Shown here: positions 53,970-62,850 of the stretch, in pieces | Layout of the letters: each line of letters starts with the position of its first letter | How positions within the stretch are numbered: position 1 is the first letter of the stretch | Source of the DNA: an uncultured Chloroflexia bacterium | Lineage (GTDB): Bacteria > Chloroflexota > Limnocylindria > Limnocylindrales > CSP1-4 | Direction of reading: 5' to 3' | DNA length: 64,000 nucleotides | NCBI GenBank assembly: GCA_963813535.1 | Contig: CAWEZH010000003.1 | Span: 832,001-896,000, forward strand | Position numbers and translations under genes: made by a program | The notes under the pieces: model-generated | What the model was told of the DNA's origin: nothing | Databases searched by the model: none | What the model saw: the letters and a program-made list of their open reading frames with translations, nothing else

Positions 53970-55136
53970 ATCGCCTCGCTCGACGCGCTCACGGCCCTCG
54001 ACCTGCGCGGCTATGCGTCGGTCGAGGCGTCCTTCGGACCCGGCGCTCACCTGATCTGGGGCCCGAACGCGGCCGGCAAGACCAGTCTTCTCGAGGCGAT
54101 CGCGCTGCTCGGCTGGGGTCGATCGCACCGCACCAGCTCCGATGGGGAGCTCATCCGGTGGGGCCACGATCTCGCAAGGATCGAGGGCCGGGTCGGGAAC
54201 GACGTGCTCGAGGTCGCCATCCAGCGGTCCGGCGCCGACGGGTCGGGCGGCCGCAAGCGGATCCGGGTCAATGGCGTGGGGCGGCGAGCGAGCGGACTCG
54301 GTCGATATCTCCGCATCGTGCTGTTCGCGCCCGAGGAGATGCTGCTCGTCGTCGGCTCGCCATCGCTCCGGCGTGCAGCGCTCGACACGCTGGCTGCCGC
54401 GCGCTTCCCCACCTACGCCGACGACCTGGGCACGTACGGCCGGACGCTCCAGCAGCGCAACAGCCTGCTGCGCGCGATCCGCGAGGAGCAGGCGACGCGC
54501 GATCAGCTGCGGTTCTGGGACGAGACCTTCCTCGACACGGGCGGTTCGGTCGTGGCGGCTCGGACCGCGCTGCTCGAGCAGCTCGCGGCACCGCTGGCGG
54601 CGGCGCACAGCGAGATCGCACCCGACGAGGCGTCGTCCGGCGCGCTCACGCTCCGCTACGTGACGAACGCGCCCACGCTCGGCGACGAAACGCCGCGCGA
54701 CGCCCTGGCACGGCGCCTCGTGGAGACCGCCGAAAAGGAGATCTGGAACGGTTCGACCGTGATCGGCCCGCACCGCGACGACCTGGCGTTCGACCTGGCC
54801 GGCCGTGACCTGACGGGCTTCGCGTCCAGGGGCCAGCAGCGCACCGCGATCCTGGCCTTCAAGCTGGCGGAGCTCGACCTGCTCAGCGAGCTCGACGGGC
54901 ACCCGCCGCTGCTCCTCCTGGACGACGTGTTCAGCGAGCTCGACCCGGAGCGTCGGTCGCACCTGGTGCGACGCATCGCCGAACTGCCACAGGCGTTCGT
55001 CACCACGACCACGCCCGACGACCTCGACCCCGCCCTGCTCGCGATCGCCCACGGCTGGGAGGTCCGGCCGGCCGAGGCGGGCGCCGAGCTGCGAGCGGCC
55101 GACGCACGCGCCCATCGATCCGCGAGCCCGGCGTGA
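53970..55136 (+). CDS. recF: DNA replication/repair protein RecF (non-canonical start)
   Basis: Frame extends upstream of ORF 54204 through LRGY and GPNAAGKTSL; GPHRDD, SRGQQR, LLDDVFSELD. Confidence 0.93.
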   Translation: MASLDALTALDLRGYASVEASFGPGAHLIWGPNAAGKTSLLEAIALLGWGRSHRTSSDGELIRWGHDLARIEGRVGNDVLEVAIQRSGADGSGGRKRIRVNGVGRRASGLGRYLRIVLFAPEEMLLVVGSPSLRRAALDTLAAARFPTYADDLGTYGRTLQQRNSLLRAIREEQATRDQLRFWDETFLDTGGSVVAARTALLEQLAAPLAAAHSEIAPDEASSGALTLRYVTNAPTLGDETPRDALARRLVETAEKEIWNGSTVIGPHRDDLAFDLAGRDLTGFASRGQQRTAILAFKLAELDLLSELDGHPPLLLLDDVFSELDPERRSHLVRRIAELPQAFVTTTTPDDLDPALLAIAHGWEVRPAEAGAELRAADARAHRSASPA

Positions 55137-55465
55137 CCACCCCGCGCCGCCGGCCGATGCGGCGGATCGGCGACTTGATCCCGGATGCCGCGCGGGCGCT
55201 CGGGCTCGAGGACGAGCTCCGGCTGGCGCGTGCCATCGCGACGTTCGAGGCGATCGTCGCCGAGCGCGTGCCGGCCGCCGTCGGCGCGTGCCGGGTCGTC
55301 CGGCTGGAGGGTTTCGCGATCGACGTCGAGGCCGACGCGCCCATCGTCGCCCAGGAGCTCCGCCTCCGGTCCAGCGAGCTCCTGACCGCCTTCGCGGCGG
55401 CCCCAGGAGGCATCGGGATCCGGGACCTTCGGGTCCACGTTCGTCGAGCGGGTCCCCGCGTATAA
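55133..55465 (+). CDS. dciA: DciA/DUF721 family protein
   Basis: RIGDLI..AQELRL pattern; conserved position after recF. Confidence 0.75.
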   Translation: MTTPRRRPMRRIGDLIPDAARALGLEDELRLARAIATFEAIVAERVPAAVGACRVVRLEGFAIDVEADAPIVAQELRLRSSELLTAFAAAPGGIGIRDLRVHVRRAGPRV

Positions 55466-55557
55466 TCCAGCGGACCTGCCTGCCATCTCCGGGGCGTCAA
55501 GCCGATCCGGCCATGGATCGTCCCGTCGCCTGACCACCCCCTATTCGAGAGGCCCGC

Positions 55558-57801
55558 ATGGCCGCCCGACTCCAACTGAAGCTAGGGATCGTCGCCGAGC
55601 ATGACCGGCTCGACAATTCGCCCGACACCTTGGTCGTCGTGGAGCCGAGCGTCGGTTCCGTCGCTCGGTCCAAGGGCAACCTGTATCTCCTCGTCACGTC
55701 GCGGACGAGCTCGCGCCATGCCCTGGAAGCTACCCGGTTGGCGGCCGAGACGATCAGGAACGAGTACTACTACGACGAATCGGCCGGGATCCGCGTCTGT
55801 CTGCAGAAGGCGATCGCGACCGCCAACAAGCGCCTCCTGCACCAGGCCGATCGCCTCGGCCTGAAATCGCCCGGCGACAACGGCCCGATCGGCGTCGGTG
55901 TCGGCGTCGTCCGCGGCAACGAGATGTACGTGGCAACGGTCGGTCCGGCCGAGGCGTACCTCATCCGTCAGGCCCGACTCTCGACACTGCCCGACCCGCA
56001 TCGTGAACGAGGCCTGCCGTCCAGCGGGCTCGAGCCGGAGGTGTGGCGCGGCGAGGTGACGGTCGGCGACTCGCTCGTGCTCATCTCCCCGAACATCGTG
56101 GCCAAGCTCGGCCCGGACGAGCTCAAGGACGCGATGGTCACGCTCCATCCGCAGTCGGCCATGGAGCACCTCCACCAGCGCTTCAAGACCGCCGACGGCT
56201 CCGGCAGCGACGGGGCGATCGCGTTCGAGGCGACCGAGGTCGCGCCGACGACCCGCGGCCGGACACTCGTGCCGGTGCGACCCGCGGAGCCGCTCGCTGG
56301 TGCCCCAGACCGCTCGCCGATCCCACTCGCCGACAATGTCCAGGCCGCCGGCGCCGCCATGTCCGCCGCGGCCGACAGCGCACGGGTCGTGGCCGGGACG
56401 GCGTTCGACCGCACGATCGCGCGTCTGCACGACCTGCTGCCGCGGCGCAGGCCGGCCTACCGCCGCGTGACCCCGCTCGCCTCTCGGCGCGAGACGCAAC
56501 GACGCGCGGCGATCGCCCTGATCGCGCTCCTCGTCGTGGTCGGCAGCCTGGCGATGTCCGTGTGGGCGTTCGGCGGGCAGCGCCCGCAGGGTGCCATCAG
56601 CTCGTTGAACGCGGGCCAGGATGCACTGGACAAGGCCGAGGAGAACCTCGCGCTCGTGGCGGGGCCGGGCATCGACCTCATCGAGAGCGATCGCGAGGAG
56701 GCCCTCCGGCTCCTCACCGATGCGTACGCCCAGCTCGAGACGGCGGAGAACGCCAGCGTGAGCCCCCGCGCCGTCGATCCGGTCCGGGAGGAGGTCGTGG
56801 CCCAGCTCGATCGGGCGTACGGCGTGATCGACGTGGCGTCGACCCCGATCTTCACGTTCAAGCCCGGAGAGGGCGCGCCGCCATTCGACCTTCGCGTGCT
56901 CGTGCGCGGGTACGACGACGCACCGTACGTGCTCGACGCGGCGAACAAGGCGGTCTACCGCGTCGACCTCAAGCGGAAGCGCGCCACCAACATCGCCCGC
57001 AACGGGCGGGCCATCGGCAACACCCGGATGTCCACGCCGCGGTTCCTCGCCGTGGGCGGTCGCGACCTGCTGATCCTGGACGCCAAGAACGCGCTGTGGC
57101 GCTGGCGCGCCTCGAACGACGCGGGCAAGGGCACCACCAGCCGCATCACGGTGAACGGATCCAGCCAGTGGGGCAACGACATCCTGGGTATCGGCACCTA
57201 TGTGAGGGACACGAGCCGGGGGCTCTACAACCTGTACGTCATCGACCCCTCGGAGCAGCAGATCCGCGCCTATCCCCCGTCCGCGGATGGCAATGGCTTC
57301 CCGGCCAAGTCATCGGCCTGGCTCGCTACCGCCCGCTCGGTCGATCAGATGACGGCCATGTATATCGACGGCGACATCTACGTCACCGAGAACGGCGTCC
57401 TCGACCGGTACACGTCGGGCAAGAGCGACGCCTGGGAGCCCGGCTCGCCCGGCGACGAGCTGCTCCGCCCGACGTCGAGCGACGTGCTCGTGACGGGCTC
57501 GGGCGGGCGGAACGAGGGCCGCGTGTACACGTTCGACCGCTCCAACGACCGTGTCGTGGCCTACGACAAGCGCAGCGGCGACTTCGTCGCGCAATACCGG
57601 CTGGCGGATGGCGACGGGTGGGCCGACCTGCGCTCCATGTACATCATCCCCGGCGTCGAGGACCAGCCCGACAAGTTGGTGTGGCTGTCGAAGACGGCCG
57701 TCAACCAAGCCGTGCTGCAGGCGATCCCGGAGACGGACGGCGCCTCGCCGTCGCCATCGGGTGGGTCGAGCGGATCGCCTTCGGGCTCGACGACCCCCTA
57801 G
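55558..57801 (+). CDS. Hypothetical membrane protein: degenerate PP2C-like domain, TM, beta-propeller-like extracellular domain
   Basis: PP2C-like motif spacing; TM AAIALIALLVVVGSLAMSVWAF; repeated YVLD/LILD/LYVID/IYV/VYTFD strands; TATAAT at 55461 and GAGAGG RBS. Confidence 0.75.
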   Translation: MAARLQLKLGIVAEHDRLDNSPDTLVVVEPSVGSVARSKGNLYLLVTSRTSSRHALEATRLAAETIRNEYYYDESAGIRVCLQKAIATANKRLLHQADRLGLKSPGDNGPIGVGVGVVRGNEMYVATVGPAEAYLIRQARLSTLPDPHRERGLPSSGLEPEVWRGEVTVGDSLVLISPNIVAKLGPDELKDAMVTLHPQSAMEHLHQRFKTADGSGSDGAIAFEATEVAPTTRGRTLVPVRPAEPLAGAPDRSPIPLADNVQAAGAAMSAAADSARVVAGTAFDRTIARLHDLLPRRRPAYRRVTPLASRRETQRRAAIALIALLVVVGSLAMSVWAFGGQRPQGAISSLNAGQDALDKAEENLALVAGPGIDLIESDREEALRLLTDAYAQLETAENASVSPRAVDPVREEVVAQLDRAYGVIDVASTPIFTFKPGEGAPPFDLRVLVRGYDDAPYVLDAANKAVYRVDLKRKRATNIARNGRAIGNTRMSTPRFLAVGGRDLLILDAKNALWRWRASNDAGKGTTSRITVNGSSQWGNDILGIGTYVRDTSRGLYNLYVIDPSEQQIRAYPPSADGNGFPAKSSAWLATARSVDQMTAMYIDGDIYVTENGVLDRYTSGKSDAWEPGSPGDELLRPTSSDVLVTGSGGRNEGRVYTFDRSNDRVVAYDKRSGDFVAQYRLADGDGWADLRSMYIIPGVEDQPDKLVWLSKTAVNQAVLQAIPETDGASPSPSGGSSGSPSGSTTP

Positions 57802-57816
57802 CGGGGGGCGACCGCG

Positions 57817-58539
57817 GTGATCCCGCTCCACGACACGAATCCCACCCGGCGGACGCCGGTGATGACCCTCGCGCTCATCGCCACGTGCGCGCTCGTCTAC
57901 GGGTACCAGGTGCTCCTCATGGCGCAGGGCGGCGACCAAGCCCTTGAGGCGTTCTTCACGCGCTGGGGCGTGGTCCCCGAGGAGCTCGTCGCCGCCCTCG
58001 GGTCGGGCCAGATCGTCTCGATGGAGACGGCAACGCTCGTCACCAGCCAGTTCCTGCACGGCAGCCTCATCCACATCGCCGGGAACCTGCTGTTCCTGTG
58101 GATCTTCGGCAACAACGTCGAGGACCGCTTCGGCCGGTTCCAATTCCTCGTGTTCTACCTCGTCGGCGGGATCGTGGCCGGTCTCGCACAGGTCGCCATC
58201 GACCCCGCGTCGACGATCCCGACGATCGGAGCCTCCGGCGCCATCGCGGCGACGCTCGGCGCCTACCTCGTCCTGTTCCCGCGGGCGCGGGTCACGACGG
58301 CGATCTTCCTCGTCTTCTTCTATCAGCTGATCGACGTGCCGGCCGTGATCGTCCTGGCGTTCTGGTTCGTCCTCCAGTTGCTCGACGGGCTCGCTTCGCT
58401 CGGCCCGATGAGCGACGTGGCGAGCGGCGGGATCGCGTTCTTCGCCCATATCGGCGGGTTCGTCTTCGGCGCGGCGATCGCGCTGCTGGTCAAGGTGGGC
58501 GGCGGGGTCGGGGGTCGGGTCGGACGCACCGTGGGATAA
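57817..58539 (+). CDS. Rhomboid family intramembrane serine protease
   Basis: FLHG..HIAGN, GASG (catalytic Ser), AHIGG (catalytic His). Confidence 0.93.
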   Translation: MIPLHDTNPTRRTPVMTLALIATCALVYGYQVLLMAQGGDQALEAFFTRWGVVPEELVAALGSGQIVSMETATLVTSQFLHGSLIHIAGNLLFLWIFGNNVEDRFGRFQFLVFYLVGGIVAGLAQVAIDPASTIPTIGASGAIAATLGAYLVLFPRARVTTAIFLVFFYQLIDVPAVIVLAFWFVLQLLDGLASLGPMSDVASGGIAFFAHIGGFVFGAAIALLVKVGGGVGGRVGRTVG

Positions 58540-58546
58540 TCGCGCG

Positions 58547-59095
58547 ATGGACGACGGGTTGGTCGAGATGGTCGTCGAGAGCGTCCGCGTCCACATGCTC
58601 TCGAGCCGTCACGTCGTGATCCTCAAGGAGACGGGTCGCGAACGCTACCTGCCCATCTGGATCGGTCCGTGGGAGGCCAGCGCGATCGCCATGCGCCTCC
58701 AGGGCCTGACCCCCGAGCGGCCACTGACCCACGATCTCTTCGCCAGCACGCTCGAGGCGGTCGACGCACGGGTGGCGCGCGTGATCATCTCCGACCTCTC
58801 CGAGGAGACGTTCCACGCGCGGCTCTTCGTCGAACGGGACGGTCACATCGGCGAGATCGACGCGCGGCCCTCCGATGCGCTGGCGCTTGCGGTGCGGGTC
58901 GGCGCGCCCATCTTCGCGGTGCCGTCCGTGCTCGACCAGGCGGGTCTCGGGGCCGATGGAGGTCTCGGCGACGAGGGCGAGGGCGGCATGCTCGAATCGA
59001 CCGGCGAGCAGATCGTCGACCCCCGTCTGGACGTCTTCCGCGAGTTCGTCAACTCACTCGACGTCGAGCCCGACACCGAGGATCGCCAGAGCTGA
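58547..59095 (+). CDS. Bifunctional nuclease family protein (DUF151)
   Basis: LPIWIG..EA.AI, RPLTHDL, DARPSDALALA. Confidence 0.92.
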   Translation: MDDGLVEMVVESVRVHMLSSRHVVILKETGRERYLPIWIGPWEASAIAMRLQGLTPERPLTHDLFASTLEAVDARVARVIISDLSEETFHARLFVERDGHIGEIDARPSDALALAVRVGAPIFAVPSVLDQAGLGADGGLGDEGEGGMLESTGEQIVDPRLDVFREFVNSLDVEPDTEDRQS

Positions 59096-59109
59096 CGTCC
59101 TGCCGGCGG

Positions 59110-59886
59110 TCAGCCGTCGGCGACCTCGATGATCGGACGGCCACGGCGCAGGGCCCTCGTCCGGTTCACCCACATCGCGATCCGCAGCCGCCAGAAGTCA
59201 CGGATCGCCCGGAAGACCACGCGTGGGTTCGCGCCAGTGGCAGAACCCGCGGTCCGAGGATAGTGCGGCACCCCGACCTCGACCACCGTGCGGCCGGCGG
59301 CTTCCATCTTGATGAGGAGCTCGGCCGAGAAGAACGCCCCGTCGGACTCGACCGCGATGCCATCCAGGGCCTCGCGCCGGAACAGCTTGCAGGCGCAATC
59401 GACATCCGTGACCCGCAATCCGAAGAACAGGCGGTTGGCCAGGCGATAGGTGCGGGCATAGAGGGTCCTGATGATGGGGTCGGCGCGCTGGATCCGGTAG
59501 CCGACGACCACGTCCGGCGCATCCTCCGCGGCCAGGCGTTCGGTCAACCGGCCGATGTCCTCCACGCGGAACTGACGGTCGCCGTCGGTGAACGCGACGA
59601 GCTCGTGACGCGCCGCTCCGAAGCCCGATCGGAGGGCCGCCCCATAGCCGAGGTTCGTGGGGTGGTGGACGGCTCGTACGACGCCCGGGTTGGCCGCCGT
59701 CAGTTCGTCGGCGAGCACCGGGGTGCGGTCCCGCGACCCGTCGTCGACGGCGATGATCTCGAACGTGTCCGCGATCACGGGCAGGCTGTCCAGGGCGTCC
59801 TGCACGAGCCCCTCGATGTTGGCTTCCTCGTCGTGCGCCGGGAAGAAGAAGGAGAGGCGTGCGACCCGACCCGGCTCGGCCGTCAC
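59110..59886 (-). CDS. GT2 glycosyltransferase (polyprenol-phosphate sugar synthase-like)
   Basis: PAHDE, VDDGSRD, NLGYG, TDGDRQF, DVDCACKLFRR. Confidence 0.9.
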   Translation of the reverse strand: MTAEPGRVARLSFFFPAHDEEANIEGLVQDALDSLPVIADTFEIIAVDDGSRDRTPVLADELTAANPGVVRAVHHPTNLGYGAALRSGFGAARHELVAFTDGDRQFRVEDIGRLTERLAAEDAPDVVVGYRIQRADPIIRTLYARTYRLANRLFFGLRVTDVDCACKLFRREALDGIAVESDGAFFSAELLIKMEAAGRTVVEVGVPHYPRTAGSATGANPRVVFRAIRDFWRLRIAMWVNRTRALRRGRPIIEVADG

Positions 59887-61379
59887 TGCGTGGCCTCACG
59901 CCGGCTCACGACCCGCGCGAGCATGCTCGCGTCGAAGCCGTCCATCAGCTCCAGGACGTAGCGGTCGGCGACCCCGGCGACCTCTGGCGGCTCGATACGG
60001 ATCACGTACACGGGCCGGCTTGGCAGGTAACGATCGATCACGTCGTAGACATCTCCAAGGTCGCGGTCGAGTCGGGTGCGGTCGTCGATGATATCGATGT
60101 CGGGCCGACGTCCCTCGACAGCCTGCGCGTACCAGAGAGGCGTCGAGTAGCTCCACCAGCTGATGATGACGGCGTCCTCCTCCATCATCTCGAGGGCGCG
60201 ATCCACCCACCGCCGCGCGGCCACGTCGTGGCTCCGGTCGACCGTGGAGTGGCGATCCTGGAGCTCGATCGCCGTCGGGACGAGGATGGCAACGGCCAGT
60301 ACGACCGCGATCACGGGCTGGAGCTGTCGCCGACCGTCCAATTCGGTGCCCGCCATCCGGGCGACGGACTCGGCGAGGATGGCCAGCCAGGTCCAGGCGA
60401 TGAGGGCGGGCACGAGGTAGTAGCGGTCGATCATCGCGTTGACGTACGACGCCGCGAAGAAGCAGGTGATCGCGACCGCGGAGCCGGTCAGGAGCGCGTA
60501 ATGCGGCCGGCGGAGGGCGGTCGCCACGAAGGCGAGCGGCAGGAACACCGCGAGGGGCCCGAACGCGTCCACGGTCCGGGTGATGAGGTCGGCGGCTTTG
60601 CCGGGCAGGCCGTCGAACGGCCCGACGAGGCTGCCCCGGAACTGCTCCGCGAGGGCGATGTACCAGAAGCCGTCCCAGGTGTCCGGGCGGCCGTAGACCA
60701 ACGGGGCGCGGAAGGGGCCTGCACGCAGGGGCAGCTCGAGGTAGACGATCGCGACGGTCAACACGGCCGCCCCGATGCACGCCGCGATGAACCGGGGCCG
60801 CGCCAGGACGTCCCGATCGACCGCCAGGACGTACAGGCCGATCGGCAGGCCGAGCAAGAGCGTCAGCGAATGATTTGCCGCGGCGAGCCCGAACACGATC
60901 GCAGCGGCGATGAGGGTGCGATCGCGTCCACTGTCGGCCCAGGCGACCAGAAGCCGCAGCAGGATCGCCACCAGCGCGAGGTGGAGGGCGTGGGCCTCGG
61001 CGTGCGTGCCGACCTTCCAGACGATCCCGGTCAGGGCCAACCCGACGCCCGCCATCACGCCGAGGAGCGTGGACCGGGTCAGCGCCCGCACCAGGTCGAC
61101 CGTCACGGCCGCTGCGACCGCGACGGACAGACCAGCGAACAGGTTCATGCGGAAGGCCGGCTCGCCGAACGGGCTCAACAGCACATTCGCCACCCAGCCA
61201 AGGACCACGTACGTGGGGAAGCCCGTCGGGTGGGCGACGCCCATCACCGGGGCGACGGCCTGGAGCTCGGCCGTGTCCCAGAACCCGAGCCCGGGCATCA
61301 TCGCGAGGCGTGCGGCGACGAACGCGACGAGTCCGACGAGGATCGGTGGCAGCCACGTCACGGTGGCCCGGGTCACCAT
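59883..61379 (-). CDS. DUF2723 / TMEM260-like GT-C glycosyltransferase
   Basis: WDTAELQ..GVAHPTGFPTY, AEAH, ANH; multi-TM. Confidence 0.8.
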   Translation of the reverse strand: MVTRATVTWLPPILVGLVAFVAARLAMMPGLGFWDTAELQAVAPVMGVAHPTGFPTYVVLGWVANVLLSPFGEPAFRMNLFAGLSVAVAAAVTVDLVRALTRSTLLGVMAGVGLALTGIVWKVGTHAEAHALHLALVAILLRLLVAWADSGRDRTLIAAAIVFGLAAANHSLTLLLGLPIGLYVLAVDRDVLARPRFIAACIGAAVLTVAIVYLELPLRAGPFRAPLVYGRPDTWDGFWYIALAEQFRGSLVGPFDGLPGKAADLITRTVDAFGPLAVFLPLAFVATALRRPHYALLTGSAVAITCFFAASYVNAMIDRYYLVPALIAWTWLAILAESVARMAGTELDGRRQLQPVIAVVLAVAILVPTAIELQDRHSTVDRSHDVAARRWVDRALEMMEEDAVIISWWSYSTPLWYAQAVEGRRPDIDIIDDRTRLDRDLGDVYDVIDRYLPSRPVYVIRIEPPEVAGVADRYVLELMDGFDASMLARVVSRREATQ

Positions 61380-62818
61380 CCGAGGATGCGGCCCCACATG
61401 ACGCCCCAGGCGTTGACCGCGATCGAGACGACCACCAGCCCGATCACCAGAGGCATCGCCCAGACGCGGCGGCGAGCGCGATCCACGAGCCACGAGGATC
61501 CGATCGCCATGAGGACGAGCGCGAACGGCACGACATCGTTGCTGAACCGGTAGCCGAACTGGACCCAGCCCTGGCTGAAGTGCATCAGGTTGGCGATCGA
61601 CACGAGGGCGATCGCGAGCAGCGCGGCCACGACGATCCGGCGGCGGCGGCGATCGAACCAGGCAGGGATGGCGAGGAGGAATGCAGGGCTCGTCAGGAGC
61701 ACGCTCATCCCCGTGTCGCGCGGGAGCGCGAGCGGACAGTCAGCGGTGAACAGGCCGCGCGCGGCACTCGGAGCCGTGCACAACGGCCGATCCAGCGTGC
61801 CGAGTGTGTCGCGCTGGCGCTGCGGGAGGATCTCGGGCGTGCCGAGCACCATGATCCCGAGGTTCTGGGGCACGTAGCGGGGGTCCTCGGCGGCCCAGTC
61901 GAGGTGGTAGCCGAGCCCGGTGTATGCGCGTGCCTCGAGCTGATACAGGTGGTCGTAGGCGGGATGGAACACCTGCCCGGTGGTGACGACGTTGTAGGCC
62001 AGGAGGGCACCGACCGGGATCGCCGCGCCAAGAGCGACCAACAGCCCGCGTCGTCGCCAGTCCCGACCCGGGCCGACCAGGATGAAGAACGGCAGCGCGA
62101 GGATGATCGTCAGGCGCGCGGTCGCCGCCAGACCGACGGTGGCGCCGATCAGGAATGCCCGTGGCCCGCCGCTCCCGCGCTGCGTGCCGGGGCGGGGATC
62201 GTCGGTGTCGGCACGCGCGTCAGCGTCGGCACCGAGCGCCAGACCGACGGCGAGCATCGTCAGCCCGACCGCGACGATGTGCGCCTGATACCAGGTCGTG
62301 GTGTTCTGGGCCGTGTACCAGAACACCGTCCCGAACGCGAAGAACATAGTGGTCGCCGCCCGGACGACCGTCGATACGCCGAGCCGCCCGATCATCCACC
62401 AGCAGATCGCGACGTCGACCCCGGCCAGGACGGTGAAGACCAGCTGGTCATCGGCGTCGAGCCCCGACATCGCCACGAACGGCACCAGGACGAGCGCCGG
62501 CAGCGGTGGGAACGGGATCAGACCGCGCTCGATACCGTCGACGCGGCCGATCGGCAGGACGTCCTGGAAGAACCAGTTGCCGAAGCGCTCGGCCGTGCTG
62601 GCGATCGGGTAACGGATCCCGGCCTGCCCCTCGAGGAAGGCGGACGCCTGCCAGACGAAGTGGTCGTAGTACCGGTCCACGAACGTGATCCGGTAGACCG
62701 CGAACGCGGCGACGGCCAGCAGGACGCCGCCGACCGCCAGGAGGGCGGACGTCGACCGTGACACAACCAGACGCTGTCGGGAGTCTCTGGGGTGACCCTG
62801 TGCTACGCTCAGATCCAC
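61373..62818 (-). CDS. Polytopic membrane protein, probable GT-C glycosyltransferase (start may be ~62762)
   Basis: YDHF..QA.AFL.G, PFPPLPA, WYQAH, GWVQFGYRF. Confidence 0.7.
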   Translation of the reverse strand: MDLSVAQGHPRDSRQRLVVSRSTSALLAVGGVLLAVAAFAVYRITFVDRYYDHFVWQASAFLEGQAGIRYPIASTAERFGNWFFQDVLPIGRVDGIERGLIPFPPLPALVLVPFVAMSGLDADDQLVFTVLAGVDVAICWWMIGRLGVSTVVRAATTMFFAFGTVFWYTAQNTTTWYQAHIVAVGLTMLAVGLALGADADARADTDDPRPGTQRGSGGPRAFLIGATVGLAATARLTIILALPFFILVGPGRDWRRRGLLVALGAAIPVGALLAYNVVTTGQVFHPAYDHLYQLEARAYTGLGYHLDWAAEDPRYVPQNLGIMVLGTPEILPQRQRDTLGTLDRPLCTAPSAARGLFTADCPLALPRDTGMSVLLTSPAFLLAIPAWFDRRRRRIVVAALLAIALVSIANLMHFSQGWVQFGYRFSNDVVPFALVLMAIGSSWLVDRARRRVWAMPLVIGLVVVSIAVNAWGVMWGRILGW

Positions 62819-62850
62819 CTTCCACGCTCGTGCAGGAGCCGTTCTCCCCG

